Positions 1 through 7,889 of a stretch of DNA of 57,474 nucleotides are shown piece after piece. Source of the DNA: a virus (lineage: Duplodnaviria > Caudoviricetes); the IMG/VR virus record IMGVR_UViG_3300005933_000015, positions 1 through 57,474 of that record. One strand, written 5' to 3'. Made by a program: the position numbers and the translations under genes. Under the pieces are notes generated by a model. It made no database searches. It saw nothing but the letters and a program-made list of their open reading frames with translations, and was not told where the DNA came from. Every line of letters begins with the position of its first letter. The stretch's first letter is position 1.

Positions 1-102
1 TTTGTGACCAAACAAAACTTAATGGGTGGCATAGAGTTTCAAGAGCGTTATGACACGCCCTACTACTGTAGCCCAAGCTCAGAAACTTACTGGAGAATGT
101 AA
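1..102 (+). CDS. 3' end of small hypothetical phage protein (partial)
   Basis: Frame 1 is open from the window edge: FVTKQNLMGGIEFQERYDTPYYCSPSSETYWRM, stop TAA at 100-102. Confidence 0.6.
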   Translation, partial: FVTKQNLMGGIEFQERYDTPYYCSPSSETYWRM

Positions 103-117
103 TACGCAAGTATTACA
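98..117. promoter_or_regulatory. Perfect hairpin/palindrome TGTAATAC-GCAA-GTATTACA upstream of a possible -35 box (TTGACC 127-132)
   Basis: 8-bp inverted repeat with GNRA loop at a gene boundary; no clean -10 at 17 bp. Confidence 0.4.
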
Positions 118-169
118 AACTTTTGGTTGACCCATATTTACCATTTTAGATTAATACTCGATAATACAC

Positions 170-400
170 ATGTCCAAACAAATTTTTATCATCTACGACA
201 AGAAAACATACGAGGTCTTGAAAACCAAGACCAACTCTGGCGTCAGTGTGCAATACTACGGTATGGGTGCTGCTCGGGGAGCGTTGACTCGCTTATGTAA
301 GAAGAGCGGTATATTTCCTAATGATCCTTCATACCCTCTGTACCAATACACTATTGCAGATCGTGACTACTATACAAAGATGACTGGAAAGACTATATGA
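170..400 (+). CDS. hypothetical protein
   Basis: 76-aa ORF; its stop overlaps the next start (ATGA). Confidence 0.7.
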   Translation: MSKQIFIIYDKKTYEVLKTKTNSGVSVQYYGMGAARGALTRLCKKSGIFPNDPSYPLYQYTIADRDYYTKMTGKTI

Positions 401-648
401 GCACTTTAACCGAATATTTTGATAAGAAGGCTATCACCGAGAAGTACTCTATCGGGGATCGTGTTGCTGGAAAATTTGGTAAGATCCCTTTCATGGGAAC
501 CGTTGGTAACTGTAGTAGCATGAATGCCGAGGGTGTGTCGGTTGCTATTGTGCATCTTGATTTGCCAATGGTTATCAATGACACGACTAGTCATTTCATT
601 AGCGTGTTGAGCAGGACCTTGCGCCCTTTGAAAGAATTGAAATTATGA
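397..648 (+). CDS. hypothetical protein (possible SH3-like fold)
   Basis: 83-aa ORF, coupled to both neighbours; YSIGDRV...FMGTV pattern. Confidence 0.7.
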   Translation: MSTLTEYFDKKAITEKYSIGDRVAGKFGKIPFMGTVGNCSSMNAEGVSVAIVHLDLPMVINDTTSHFISVLSRTLRPLKELKL

Positions 649-884
649 ATCGCAAATTTACAGCCGAGTTTGAAGATTATGAATGTGACAATGATCGCCG
701 CTCATACTGGACGGTCATAGAATGGGATGAGGGAGATAATATGGGTAATCGTTCAGGGCGGCAATTTCAACCCGCAACTATATACACTGAAGAAAGTGCC
801 AGGCAAGTTGCAGATAGTATGCAGGCTGCGTGGGAGCGCGAGCAGTACCTAAATCAAGAAAGTGCGTTTGACTACCGTGGCTAA
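645..884 (+). CDS. hypothetical protein
   Basis: 79-aa ORF in a coupled + strand run. Confidence 0.7.
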   Translation: MNRKFTAEFEDYECDNDRRSYWTVIEWDEGDNMGNRSGRQFQPATIYTEESARQVADSMQAAWEREQYLNQESAFDYRG

Positions 885-1104
885 TATTCACTTCCTACGC
901 AAAATCGCCGCAGATGAGTTGATGGACACTATGTTCTTTGCAACTGGCCAGCGGGCGACTAAAGTTAAGTCTCGCTCGCATTGGGACTTGAGCAACGAGT
1001 ACTTCAAAGTTAAGATCGTTACCAATAGAAACATCACGGTCAATGGTGCTAAGTGTAAAACCATCCACGATGCGAAGTGGGAATTACAGGATTTGATATC
1101 ATAA
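877..1104 (+). CDS. hypothetical protein
   Basis: ORF 862..1104; GTG at 877 gives a shorter overlap and is the more likely start. Confidence 0.65.
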   Translation: MANIHFLRKIAADELMDTMFFATGQRATKVKSRSHWDLSNEYFKVKIVTNRNITVNGAKCKTIHDAKWELQDLIS

Positions 1105-1105
1105 C

Positions 1106-1285
1106 ATGGCAATGAAATTTAGAAATTGGGTTCAAGAAAAGTACTACGAGAACCAAGAGGAACTATTAGGGTGGTCTGAGATTATCCCATCTGACCATAC
1201 ACTGTCAAAGTACTTTAACGCATATCGCTGGTGGTTAAAACGCGAATACCGCTTTTACCTAAATGGTAAATTGAACAAAGACTGA
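1106..1285 (+). CDS. hypothetical protein (59 aa, not in ORF track)
   Basis: MAMKFRNWVQEKYYENQEE...YRWWLKREYRFYLNGKLNKD*; fills the gap between neighbours. Confidence 0.65.
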   Translation: MAMKFRNWVQEKYYENQEELLGWSEIIPSDHTLSKYFNAYRWWLKREYRFYLNGKLNKD

Positions 1286-1288
1286 TAT

Positions 1289-2584
1289 ATGGCTATACTA
1301 AACATACTTGATGAACTAGCATCTGACGCGAGTCGTAACTTTAAGATCGCTACTCTTGAGAAGTATAAGAACAACGACACACTTCAAACGGTTATCTTTC
1401 TTGCTCTAGATCCGTTCACACAGTTCTATATTCGCAAGATCCCAAAGTACATACGAGGTATCCATACTATCACTTTCGTAAACGCATGTAAACAGTTGAA
1501 GAAATTGTCCTCTCGTGAGTACACGGGTAATGCTGCAATTGACATGTTAGCATCGATGTTGGAAAGTCTACCCCAAGATGATGCAAGGGTAATTGAGAGG
1601 ATTATCCAGAAAGACCTAAAGTGTGGAGTTGCTGCTTCTACGGTCAATAAGGTATGGCCTGGTATGATTCACGAGTATCCATGTATGCTCTGTACCGCAT
1701 ACGATGAAAAGGTTATAAGTAAGTTTGAGTTTCCTGCGATGGTGCAACTTAAGATGGATGGTATGCGCTTTAATGCTATTGTTAAAGATGGTGCTGTAGA
1801 GTTCCGCAGTCGCAACGGCAAAGAGATTAACCTATTGGGTAACTTATCCCAAGAGTTTATTACACTTTCCGAGGGAAATGACTTAGTCTTTGATGGTGAG
1901 TTGGTATTGTTGTCTGAGGATGGTTCATACATGGATCGTCAGACGGGTAATGGTATTCTTAACAAGGCAGTCAAAGGAACAATATCAGCAGATGAAGCGA
2001 TGCTAGTTTCTGCAACACTTTGGGATGTTATACCATATGAAGAATTTAAAAATGGCGTTTGTACATTTCCGTACGAAGATAGGTTTGCTCGTATTAAGAT
2101 CTCTCGTTTTTCGGCTGGAAAGTTGCGCATCGTCACTAACACATATGTCGAATCGCTTGATCAAGCACGAAGCATCTTTAACGCTTACCTTGCTGAAGGT
2201 GAAGAGGGAATTATCCTCAAATCAATGACTGGTATCTGGGAAGATAAGCGTACCAAGTCTCAGATTAAATTTAAAGCGGAGTTAGATTGTGATCTTAAAA
2301 TCGTTGATGTGCAAGAAGGTACTGGCAAGTACTCAGGAATGCTTGGAGCAGTTATCGCTGAATCTGCAGACGGACTCCTTAAAGTCTCTATCGGTTCTGG
2401 TTTTTCTGACGCTATGCGAACTGAGTTTTGGTCTGATCGCGATTTTTTACTTGCTAAAATTGTCGCAGTGAAGTATAATGCTAGAATAAGTAATAAACAA
2501 GGCGAGGAGTCGTTGTTCTTACCTATCTTCCTAGAGATTCGTGAGGACAAGACTTCTGCAGACATGACAAAGGATATTAAATGA
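1289..2584 (+). CDS. gp30: ATP-dependent DNA ligase (T4 gp30-like)
   Basis: Motif I KMDGMR, FDGEL, EGIILK, KFK and C-terminal OB fold (GSGFSD, SLFLPIF). Confidence 0.96.
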   Translation: MAILNILDELASDASRNFKIATLEKYKNNDTLQTVIFLALDPFTQFYIRKIPKYIRGIHTITFVNACKQLKKLSSREYTGNAAIDMLASMLESLPQDDARVIERIIQKDLKCGVAASTVNKVWPGMIHEYPCMLCTAYDEKVISKFEFPAMVQLKMDGMRFNAIVKDGAVEFRSRNGKEINLLGNLSQEFITLSEGNDLVFDGELVLLSEDGSYMDRQTGNGILNKAVKGTISADEAMLVSATLWDVIPYEEFKNGVCTFPYEDRFARIKISRFSAGKLRIVTNTYVESLDQARSIFNAYLAEGEEGIILKSMTGIWEDKRTKSQIKFKAELDCDLKIVDVQEGTGKYSGMLGAVIAESADGLLKVSIGSGFSDAMRTEFWSDRDFLLAKIVAVKYNARISNKQGEESLFLPIFLEIREDKTSADMTKDIK

Positions 2585-2823
2585 TAGATGCATTTGAACT
2601 AGATAACGAACTAACACAAACACAGAAACAAGACTTGCGTATAGTATTGTCACTAAACACACCAGAAGAAATTCAAGACTGGATTGATCATGTCGGTTGG
2701 GGTGACTTTGAATATGGTATGTCTCTTATTGAAGTTGCTGCGCTAAAGCAGTTAGAGAAAGATACTGCCCATGATGATTGTATCGACGCAAAGATTGCAT
2801 TGTCGAGATGCTTGGATATATAA
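2581..2823 (+). CDS. hypothetical protein
   Basis: 80-aa ORF coupled to the ligase stop. Confidence 0.65.
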   Translation: MIDAFELDNELTQTQKQDLRIVLSLNTPEEIQDWIDHVGWGDFEYGMSLIEVAALKQLEKDTAHDDCIDAKIALSRCLDI

Positions 2824-3362
2824 AAGTATACGACAACGTATTAGATAATATAGATTGTAACAAGTTGATAAAGGGTTACGAGGAAAATCTGCATAAGGCA
2901 AGGATGATCGACTCTCCTGGAGACAAATACTATTTCATGAAGTGTTCAGATAATCTAAGATGGGATTCGTACTCAAATAAGGTTGTTGAACTTATGCAGT
3001 TGTTGTATAAACAATATCGGCAAGACACTGGTATGAAGATCAACCGTCAGGTTCCAGACAAATATGTATTGGAAGATCCTTACATGGAAAAATATAACCC
3101 CGACCACGATTTTCGTAAACGAATACACTCCGACTCCCAAGACTCATTCACATCTCATCGATTCTTGTCCATGACAATATACTTGAATTCAGTTAGTCCG
3201 GGTGGTGAAACAGACTTCACACCAAATATAAAATTTAAGATGAACCCTCAACAAGGGTCGGTTATAATATTCCCTTCTTATTGGGGATACTACCATAAAG
3301 AAAATCATTGCTCTGGCCAAACACCTAAGTACACGATCAACACACATTTAAAATATTTGTAG
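2808..3362 (+). CDS. 2OG-Fe(II) oxygenase (prolyl 4-hydroxylase-like)
   Basis: HSD, 'RFLSMTIYLN', 'GGETDF', 'IIFPS...YYH', 'KY' motifs; ATG 2808 preferred to 2778. Confidence 0.85.
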   Translation: MLGYIKVYDNVLDNIDCNKLIKGYEENLHKARMIDSPGDKYYFMKCSDNLRWDSYSNKVVELMQLLYKQYRQDTGMKINRQVPDKYVLEDPYMEKYNPDHDFRKRIHSDSQDSFTSHRFLSMTIYLNSVSPGGETDFTPNIKFKMNPQQGSVIIFPSYWGYYHKENHCSGQTPKYTINTHLKYL

Positions 3363-3371
3363 GAAATTCAT

Positions 3372-3611
3372 ATGTCATCTGACGCAGCACCAATTCCAGA
3401 CTTACCTAGTCCATACGAGTTTAAGAAGATCCGAGTTAACAAGATGCTCAACGCATTATACAATGGAGACGAGGTTATCATAGAACGCTGGTGGAAATCG
3501 CCTAATGTGTATATGAGTATGGAAATCCCAAGAGTGTTATTTGAAACTAACCAAGACAAGGTCGTCGAAGTAGCACATGCAGAAGTTAGAAGACGGCTGG
3601 CTAAACAATGA
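3372..3611 (+). CDS. hypothetical protein
   Basis: 79-aa ORF with AGGA RBS. Confidence 0.65.
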   Translation: MSSDAAPIPDLPSPYEFKKIRVNKMLNALYNGDEVIIERWWKSPNVYMSMEIPRVLFETNQDKVVEVAHAEVRRRLAKQ

Positions 3612-3802
3612 ACGCATTAGCACAATGGATATTGATTTTTAATATCAATGTCGCGGAAGTACCATCCGCAGCATACCTAAACTCTCCAGTCGTTATGGAC
3701 AGTTTTCCTTCTCAGGAGCGATGCGAAACTGCACTACAACAACTCTCTCGAACCTTTGAAGGTACTTCGAGCAAGGGGTATTGTGTAGGCGAATCCCGAT
3801 AA
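3608..3802 (+). CDS. hypothetical protein
   Basis: 64-aa ORF coupled to the upstream gene; F-x-S-x-x-x-C and terminal Cys pattern. Confidence 0.6.
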   Translation: MNALAQWILIFNINVAEVPSAAYLNSPVVMDSFPSQERCETALQQLSRTFEGTSSKGYCVGESR

Positions 3803-3845
3803 CCCCTATATAATTATTTACCTAAACATTAACGGAGATTATACC

Positions 3846-4208
3846 ATGTTTACATTTATTAAAAACCTATTTAAGAGCAAACCCCTAGAAGAAGTTCTAG
3901 ATTCTGAACCTGTGCGCATTACCCCTACACTGGAACTAGTTGCACCAGTTGTTGAAGAAGATACTCCTGCTGCATTAATCCCTCAACCGGCATGGCCATT
4001 TCCCACTGAGGAAAAACCTGTTGCCACGCAAGAAGTGAAGAAAACACTTCCGAAGAAAAATAATAACTATAAGAAGAAGAACTCCGCTGTAAAGAAACCA
4101 ACACCTGTCCAGAAACCTACTAATATACCAGCACCAACTGATCCACTTGCTCCTAATGCTCCACAGAAACGCGCTAAGAAGCAAGCAGTTCGTCCAAAGA
4201 AAAAGTAA
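3846..4208 (+). CDS. Pro/Lys-rich hypothetical protein
   Basis: GGAG RBS; low-complexity basic C-terminus; PAWPFP motif. Confidence 0.7.
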   Translation: MFTFIKNLFKSKPLEEVLDSEPVRITPTLELVAPVVEEDTPAALIPQPAWPFPTEEKPVATQEVKKTLPKKNNNYKKKNSAVKKPTPVQKPTNIPAPTDPLAPNAPQKRAKKQAVRPKKK

Positions 4209-4240
4209 TTTTTGTAATTTAGATTGAGAGAAACTATAAT

Positions 4241-4828
4241 ATGTTTATGTTTGATATTGAAACCCTCGGAGTAGAATCTACTACGGTAATTCTGTCTGCG
4301 GGTATCATTTACTTTGACCCAGAAAAAGATGCCGACATCAGTTATAAAGAACTAGTTGAACGCGGGCTGTTCGTTAAACTGGATGCTAAAGACCAACTAA
4401 AGCGCCTGGATCGCACCATCACTAAATCCACCTTGGATTGGTGGGCAAAGCAGGGCGAGTACCAACGCAGTCAGAGTTTCGACACTAAACCAGACGATAT
4501 CAAGGTAGAAGAAGGCATTGCTGCGATCAAGAAGTACATTAACAAGTATGCTCAAGGTAAGTTGAACAACGAGACCATGTGGGCGAGAGGGTCTTTGGAC
4601 CAGATGGCGATCGACAGCCTAACAAATAAGTGCGGCGTGGAACCGATTATCAACTTTGCTCGCTGGCGTGATATGCGCACTGCAATTGATATGCTCACGG
4701 GTAGTACTAATGGTTACTGTAAAGTTGCCAATTTAGACATGAACTCAGTACTAAAGCACCATCCTGTAGACGATTGCGCCCTTGACATCCTAATGTTGTT
4801 GCGTGGTATGCCAGAACCGGAGCAATAA
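4241..4828 (+). CDS. dexA: DexA-like 3'-5' exonuclease (DEDDh)
   Basis: FDIETLG, 'KSTLDWW', 'WARG', 'RDMRT', 'HHPVDDCALDILM' match the T4 DexA pattern. Confidence 0.88.
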   Translation: MFMFDIETLGVESTTVILSAGIIYFDPEKDADISYKELVERGLFVKLDAKDQLKRLDRTITKSTLDWWAKQGEYQRSQSFDTKPDDIKVEEGIAAIKKYINKYAQGKLNNETMWARGSLDQMAIDSLTNKCGVEPIINFARWRDMRTAIDMLTGSTNGYCKVANLDMNSVLKHHPVDDCALDILMLLRGMPEPEQ

Positions 4829-4905
4829 AACCGATTGTAAGGAGATTACCCAGCCTGGGTGATACTAACATGTCCCTAAGAGGTTTAAACTCCTTAAATC
4901 GCTCC

Positions 4906-4968
4906 TGTTGTATTTAAACAACGATTAATAACCCTACCATTGCGTAGGGTATTTTTTTGTGTTATACT
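4906..4968 (+). promoter_or_regulatory. Early promoter cassette 1: TGTTG..CAAC palindrome + hairpin + sigma70 promoter
   Basis: TGTTGTATTTAAACAAC 4906-4922; -35 TTGCGT 4940-4945, 17 bp, TG-extended -10 TATACT 4963-4968; stem ACCCTAC/GTAGGGT overlaps the -35. Confidence 0.75.
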
Positions 4969-5000
4969 GAACTCTGTTTAGTTAATAAGGAGTTTTTCAA

Positions 5001-5165
5001 ATGTCTTCCCCTTTCATAGTCCGTATTACTGATGAATTTTTATCTGTATTTACAGTAGAAGCCCAAACAAAAAAAGAAGCTATTAAAATAGTTACTATGT
5101 GGTTAAATAATTCAGATTCTACCCCAATTTACGAAATTGTAATTGAAATTAATGAAATTGTTTAA
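5001..5165 (+). CDS. small hypothetical protein (54 aa, not in ORF track)
   Basis: TAAGGAG RBS; MSSPFIVRITDEFLSVFTVEAQTKKEAI...*. Confidence 0.65.
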   Translation: MSSPFIVRITDEFLSVFTVEAQTKKEAIKIVTMWLNNSDSTPIYEIVIEINEIV

Positions 5166-5194
5166 ATCTATTGTATTAATTAAGGAAATTTAAA

Positions 5195-5374
5195 ATGAAT
5201 ATTAATAAATTAACTAATTGGGAATTATTTAAAGTTGCTCCGCATATATTTGCTGAACGAATGGTTAAGACTCGTAGGATCTCCGCTAAGGAACTTTTAG
5301 ATGCATGTTTGACTACCATGACCAGTGAGATGATCGAGGAGATGCTAGAAGACCTTGAACTAGCACCCGAATAA
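5195..5374 (+). CDS. small hypothetical protein (59 aa, not in ORF track)
   Basis: TAAGGA RBS; MNINKLTNWELFK...EDLELAPE*. Confidence 0.65.
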   Translation: MNINKLTNWELFKVAPHIFAERMVKTRRISAKELLDACLTTMTSEMIEEMLEDLELAPE

Positions 5375-5437
5375 TGTTGCATTAATACAACAAATAATAC
5401 CCCTACACTTGCATGGGGTATTTTTTTGTGTTATACT
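5375..5437 (+). promoter_or_regulatory. Early promoter cassette 2
   Basis: TGTTGCATTAATACAACA 5375-5392; -35 TTGCAT 5409-5414, 17 bp, TATACT 5432-5437; stem TACCCC/GGGGTA. Confidence 0.75.
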
Positions 5438-5465
5438 AGTATCATAGTTTGAAACAAAGGTCTCC

Positions 5466-6215
5466 ATGAAATTACTATCTACAGGCAACCCCAAAGTACT
5501 CAAGGGTACAAAGCAGGGATATAATACTTACATACTACACCTCGCTCCGGCAAATTTGTCAGGATACGAGACATGTGCCAAGAGAACCGCTGGTTGTACT
5601 GATGCTTGTCTCAATACTGCTGGGCGTGGTGGTCTGTTCAAGAAGGGGGAGGCCACTAACGTCATCCAACAAGCTCGTATCCGCAAGACCAAGATGTTCT
5701 TCGAGTCCCGTGAGGTGTTCATGCCCCAACTGGTCAAAGATATTGAGTTGGGTATCAAGCAGTCTGCTAAGGTAGATTTGACTCCGGTGTTCCGACTCAA
5801 TGGAACATCAGACCTTGCCTTTGAGAAATATGAAGTGGTTCGTGCTGGAGTTACATACAAGAATGTGTTCAGTGCGTTTCCAGAGGTACAGTTCTATGAC
5901 TACACCAAGATCCTCGGTCGTAAGGTGTTAAACATTCCTAACTATCACTTGACGTTCTCAGACGCAGATGGCAACGATACTGATGTACGCAAGGCTATCG
6001 GTCAGGGGTATAACATTGCTACTGTATTCGGTATCAAGAAGACTCTTGCTATGCCCGAGTCATACAATGGGTTGCCAGTATTTAACGGAGATGAGAGCGA
6101 CCTACGCTTCCTCGACCCGAAAGGCGTCATAGTTGGCTTGTATGCAAAGGGCAAAGCGAAGAAAGACACCACTGGATTCGTTAAATATCCTACAATTACT
6201 CTGACCAAAGTATAA
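5466..6215 (+). CDS. GP88-like phage protein with Cys cluster (radical-SAM-like)
   Basis: C-x6-C-x3-C (CAKRTAGCTDAC), RLNGTSD, FYDYTK, YHLTFS, GDESDLRFLD motifs. Confidence 0.7.
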   Translation: MKLLSTGNPKVLKGTKQGYNTYILHLAPANLSGYETCAKRTAGCTDACLNTAGRGGLFKKGEATNVIQQARIRKTKMFFESREVFMPQLVKDIELGIKQSAKVDLTPVFRLNGTSDLAFEKYEVVRAGVTYKNVFSAFPEVQFYDYTKILGRKVLNIPNYHLTFSDADGNDTDVRKAIGQGYNIATVFGIKKTLAMPESYNGLPVFNGDESDLRFLDPKGVIVGLYAKGKAKKDTTGFVKYPTITLTKV

Positions 6216-6253
6216 TAATTGCGCCGGCGCTCCTGATGGGCTCATAACCCATC

Positions 6254-6315
6254 TGTTGCAAAAATACAACAACTGAGAAAATAATGCTTGCAAGTATCCA
6301 TTTTTGTGGTATACT
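6254..6315 (+). promoter_or_regulatory. Early promoter cassette 3
   Basis: TGTTGCAAAAATACAACA 6254-6271; TTGCAA 6288-6293, 16 bp, TATACT 6310-6315. Confidence 0.75.
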
Positions 6316-6347
6316 AGTATCATAGTTCAAAACAAAGAGAGGTTACC

Positions 6348-6572
6348 ATGTATCGCATACCCCGAGTATCAACATACCAAGTTGAGTACACTGCATTAGA
6401 TAGTAATAAAGTAGTACAAGAGCAGCGCACCTTCAATGAGTTCCATGCGCGTGAAGTTGGAACAGTACTTGCTAATGACGGTTTGAGCGTTCGCGCGGCA
6501 GAGATGCTAGTCCAAGGATGGAACAATGTGTCAACTAATGGGGTATATTCTGTTGCATTTTTGCAACATTGA
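6348..6572 (+). CDS. hypothetical protein
   Basis: GAGG RBS downstream of cassette 3. Confidence 0.7.
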   Translation: MYRIPRVSTYQVEYTALDSNKVVQEQRTFNEFHAREVGTVLANDGLSVRAAEMLVQGWNNVSTNGVYSVAFLQH

Positions 6573-6612
6573 TGAAAATAATGCTTGCAAGTATCCATTT
6601 TTGTGGTATACT
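6551..6612 (+). promoter_or_regulatory. Early promoter cassette 4
   Basis: TGTTGCA-TTTT-TGCAACA 6551-6568; TTGCAA 6585-6590, 16 bp, TATACT 6607-6612; about 49 nt identical to cassette 3. Confidence 0.75.
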
Positions 6613-6642
6613 AGTATCATAGTTTGAAAAAAAGAGGTTCAT

Positions 6643-6963
6643 ATGATCAATGAAAAATTCGCAAATCACATCGGTTACTCTGATGTTAACCCGTTCGAGA
6701 TCGTTAAGGTAGTATCAGACAAGACCATCGAGGTTCGTGAAATGGATGCTACAGAAGATAAATCTGTCAAGATGGAGTTCATTCCAGGCGGTTTCTCTGC
6801 TGTGTGTACTAACATCCGTGACCAGAAGTGGAAAATCACCTCTGATAATACTGCTCCAGTTATCCGTATCCGTCTTAATAAGAATGGTAAATGGAAATGT
6901 AAAGATGGTCGCCGCTTCTCGCTGTCAGCCACCCCTGCTAAATTTTACGACTACAACTTCTAA
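6643..6963 (+). CDS. hypothetical protein
   Basis: GAGG RBS; 106-aa ORF ending YDYNF. Confidence 0.75.
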   Translation: MINEKFANHIGYSDVNPFEIVKVVSDKTIEVREMDATEDKSVKMEFIPGGFSAVCTNIRDQKWKITSDNTAPVIRIRLNKNGKWKCKDGRRFSLSATPAKFYDYNF

Positions 6964-6975
6964 GGAAATATTAAA

Positions 6976-7194
6976 ATGCCCGCTACACTAAAACAACGCA
7001 CTGCCAAGTCCAATACAACCGTTAAACGCATTGGTAAAAATGCCAAGACCACTACTAAGATCAAACGGAGTGAAGACTTCGACGGTGGTGACCGTTACTT
7101 GGGATGGACTGCTAAGGAAGAACAGTCGTACATCCGAGATAGTGGTATCTACGAATCATACTCATCTATGAAGGGTATGGATTCATGGGACTAA
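6976..7194 (+). CDS. hypothetical protein
   Basis: TAAGGA RBS; 72 aa. Confidence 0.65.
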   Translation: MPATLKQRTAKSNTTVKRIGKNAKTTTKIKRSEDFDGGDRYLGWTAKEEQSYIRDSGIYESYSSMKGMDSWD

Positions 7195-7550
7195 TGCATC
7201 CGATGTATAACATGAGCGGATCTTCTAAAAAGAATAAGAAGATGAAGTTCAAGTCGGCAGAAGCAAAGCGTGAGTACGAACTCAGTTTAAATTCGGAGTT
7301 TGGGGTTGCGCAAAAACGAAAAGGCGTGTATAATTCACACATGACCAATTCTATACTGACACCAAGGGCATATGTCCGAGAGACTGCTACTATACTCTCT
7401 AGGGGTAATGGTATGGGTAATGCTGCGAAACCAGCAGATAAAGTGTATACTGGATCTAAAATGATTGGAGTAGCTACGCTACACAAGTCTAATGCTGTTC
7501 CGGTATTCTCGAATGAAGAAGCAATCAACATGGCGAATATGCGCCGATAA
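7185..7550 (+). CDS. conserved hypothetical T4-like phage protein
   Basis: C-terminal YTG..IGVATLHKSNAVPVFS motif, which I recall from T4-like phages. Confidence 0.7.
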   Translation: MGLMHPMYNMSGSSKKNKKMKFKSAEAKREYELSLNSEFGVAQKRKGVYNSHMTNSILTPRAYVRETATILSRGNGMGNAAKPADKVYTGSKMIGVATLHKSNAVPVFSNEEAINMANMRR

Positions 7551-7566
7551 CATGAAAGAAAATATT

Positions 7567-7845
7567 ATGCAAGTGACTACAGAACCTACTCTAACTCGCG
7601 ACGAAATGCTATCACGCCTTGCAATGGATGCACAGCAAGTGGTGTTCACTAAGAAGGACGGTACAGAACGAGTGATGAACTGTACTATGGACTTTATGAT
7701 GATTCCAGTGGAACACCAGCCTGTTATCAAGGAAGATGCACCTGAGCGCAAAATCTCTACCGAGACCATCCGTGTATTTGACTTGGATATCAATGAGTGG
7801 CGCAGTTTTCGAGTAGATTCAGTAAAATGCTTTACAAACATCTAA
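7567..7845 (+). CDS. WYL_2 / Sm-like SH3 beta-barrel protein
   Basis: VVFTKKDGTERVMNCT...VFDLDINEWRSFRVD signature; ATG at 7567 (or 7552). Confidence 0.75.
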   Translation: MQVTTEPTLTRDEMLSRLAMDAQQVVFTKKDGTERVMNCTMDFMMIPVEHQPVIKEDAPERKISTETIRVFDLDINEWRSFRVDSVKCFTNI

Positions 7846-7859
7846 TTTTAATATATAAT
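7831..7859 (+). promoter_or_regulatory. sigma70-type promoter
   Basis: TTTACA-17 bp-TATAAT upstream of ORF 7890. Confidence 0.6.
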
Positions 7860-7889
7860 AACCACATATTATAATTAAAGGTACATCTC

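Noticed and set aside
6215-6290. Complete tRNA-Met gene
   Set aside because: Only the anticodon arm is present; no D-loop, TTC T-loop or acceptor stem
4906-6642. Repeats as a CRISPR array
   Set aside because: Spacing is irregular (about 300-900 bp), the intervals are genes, the repeats contain promoter boxes, and no cas genes are present
7826-7834. MotA box-like AATGCTTTA (T4 middle promoter)
   Set aside because: It is 19 bp from the TATAAT, too far for a MotA box; better explained as a TTTACA -35
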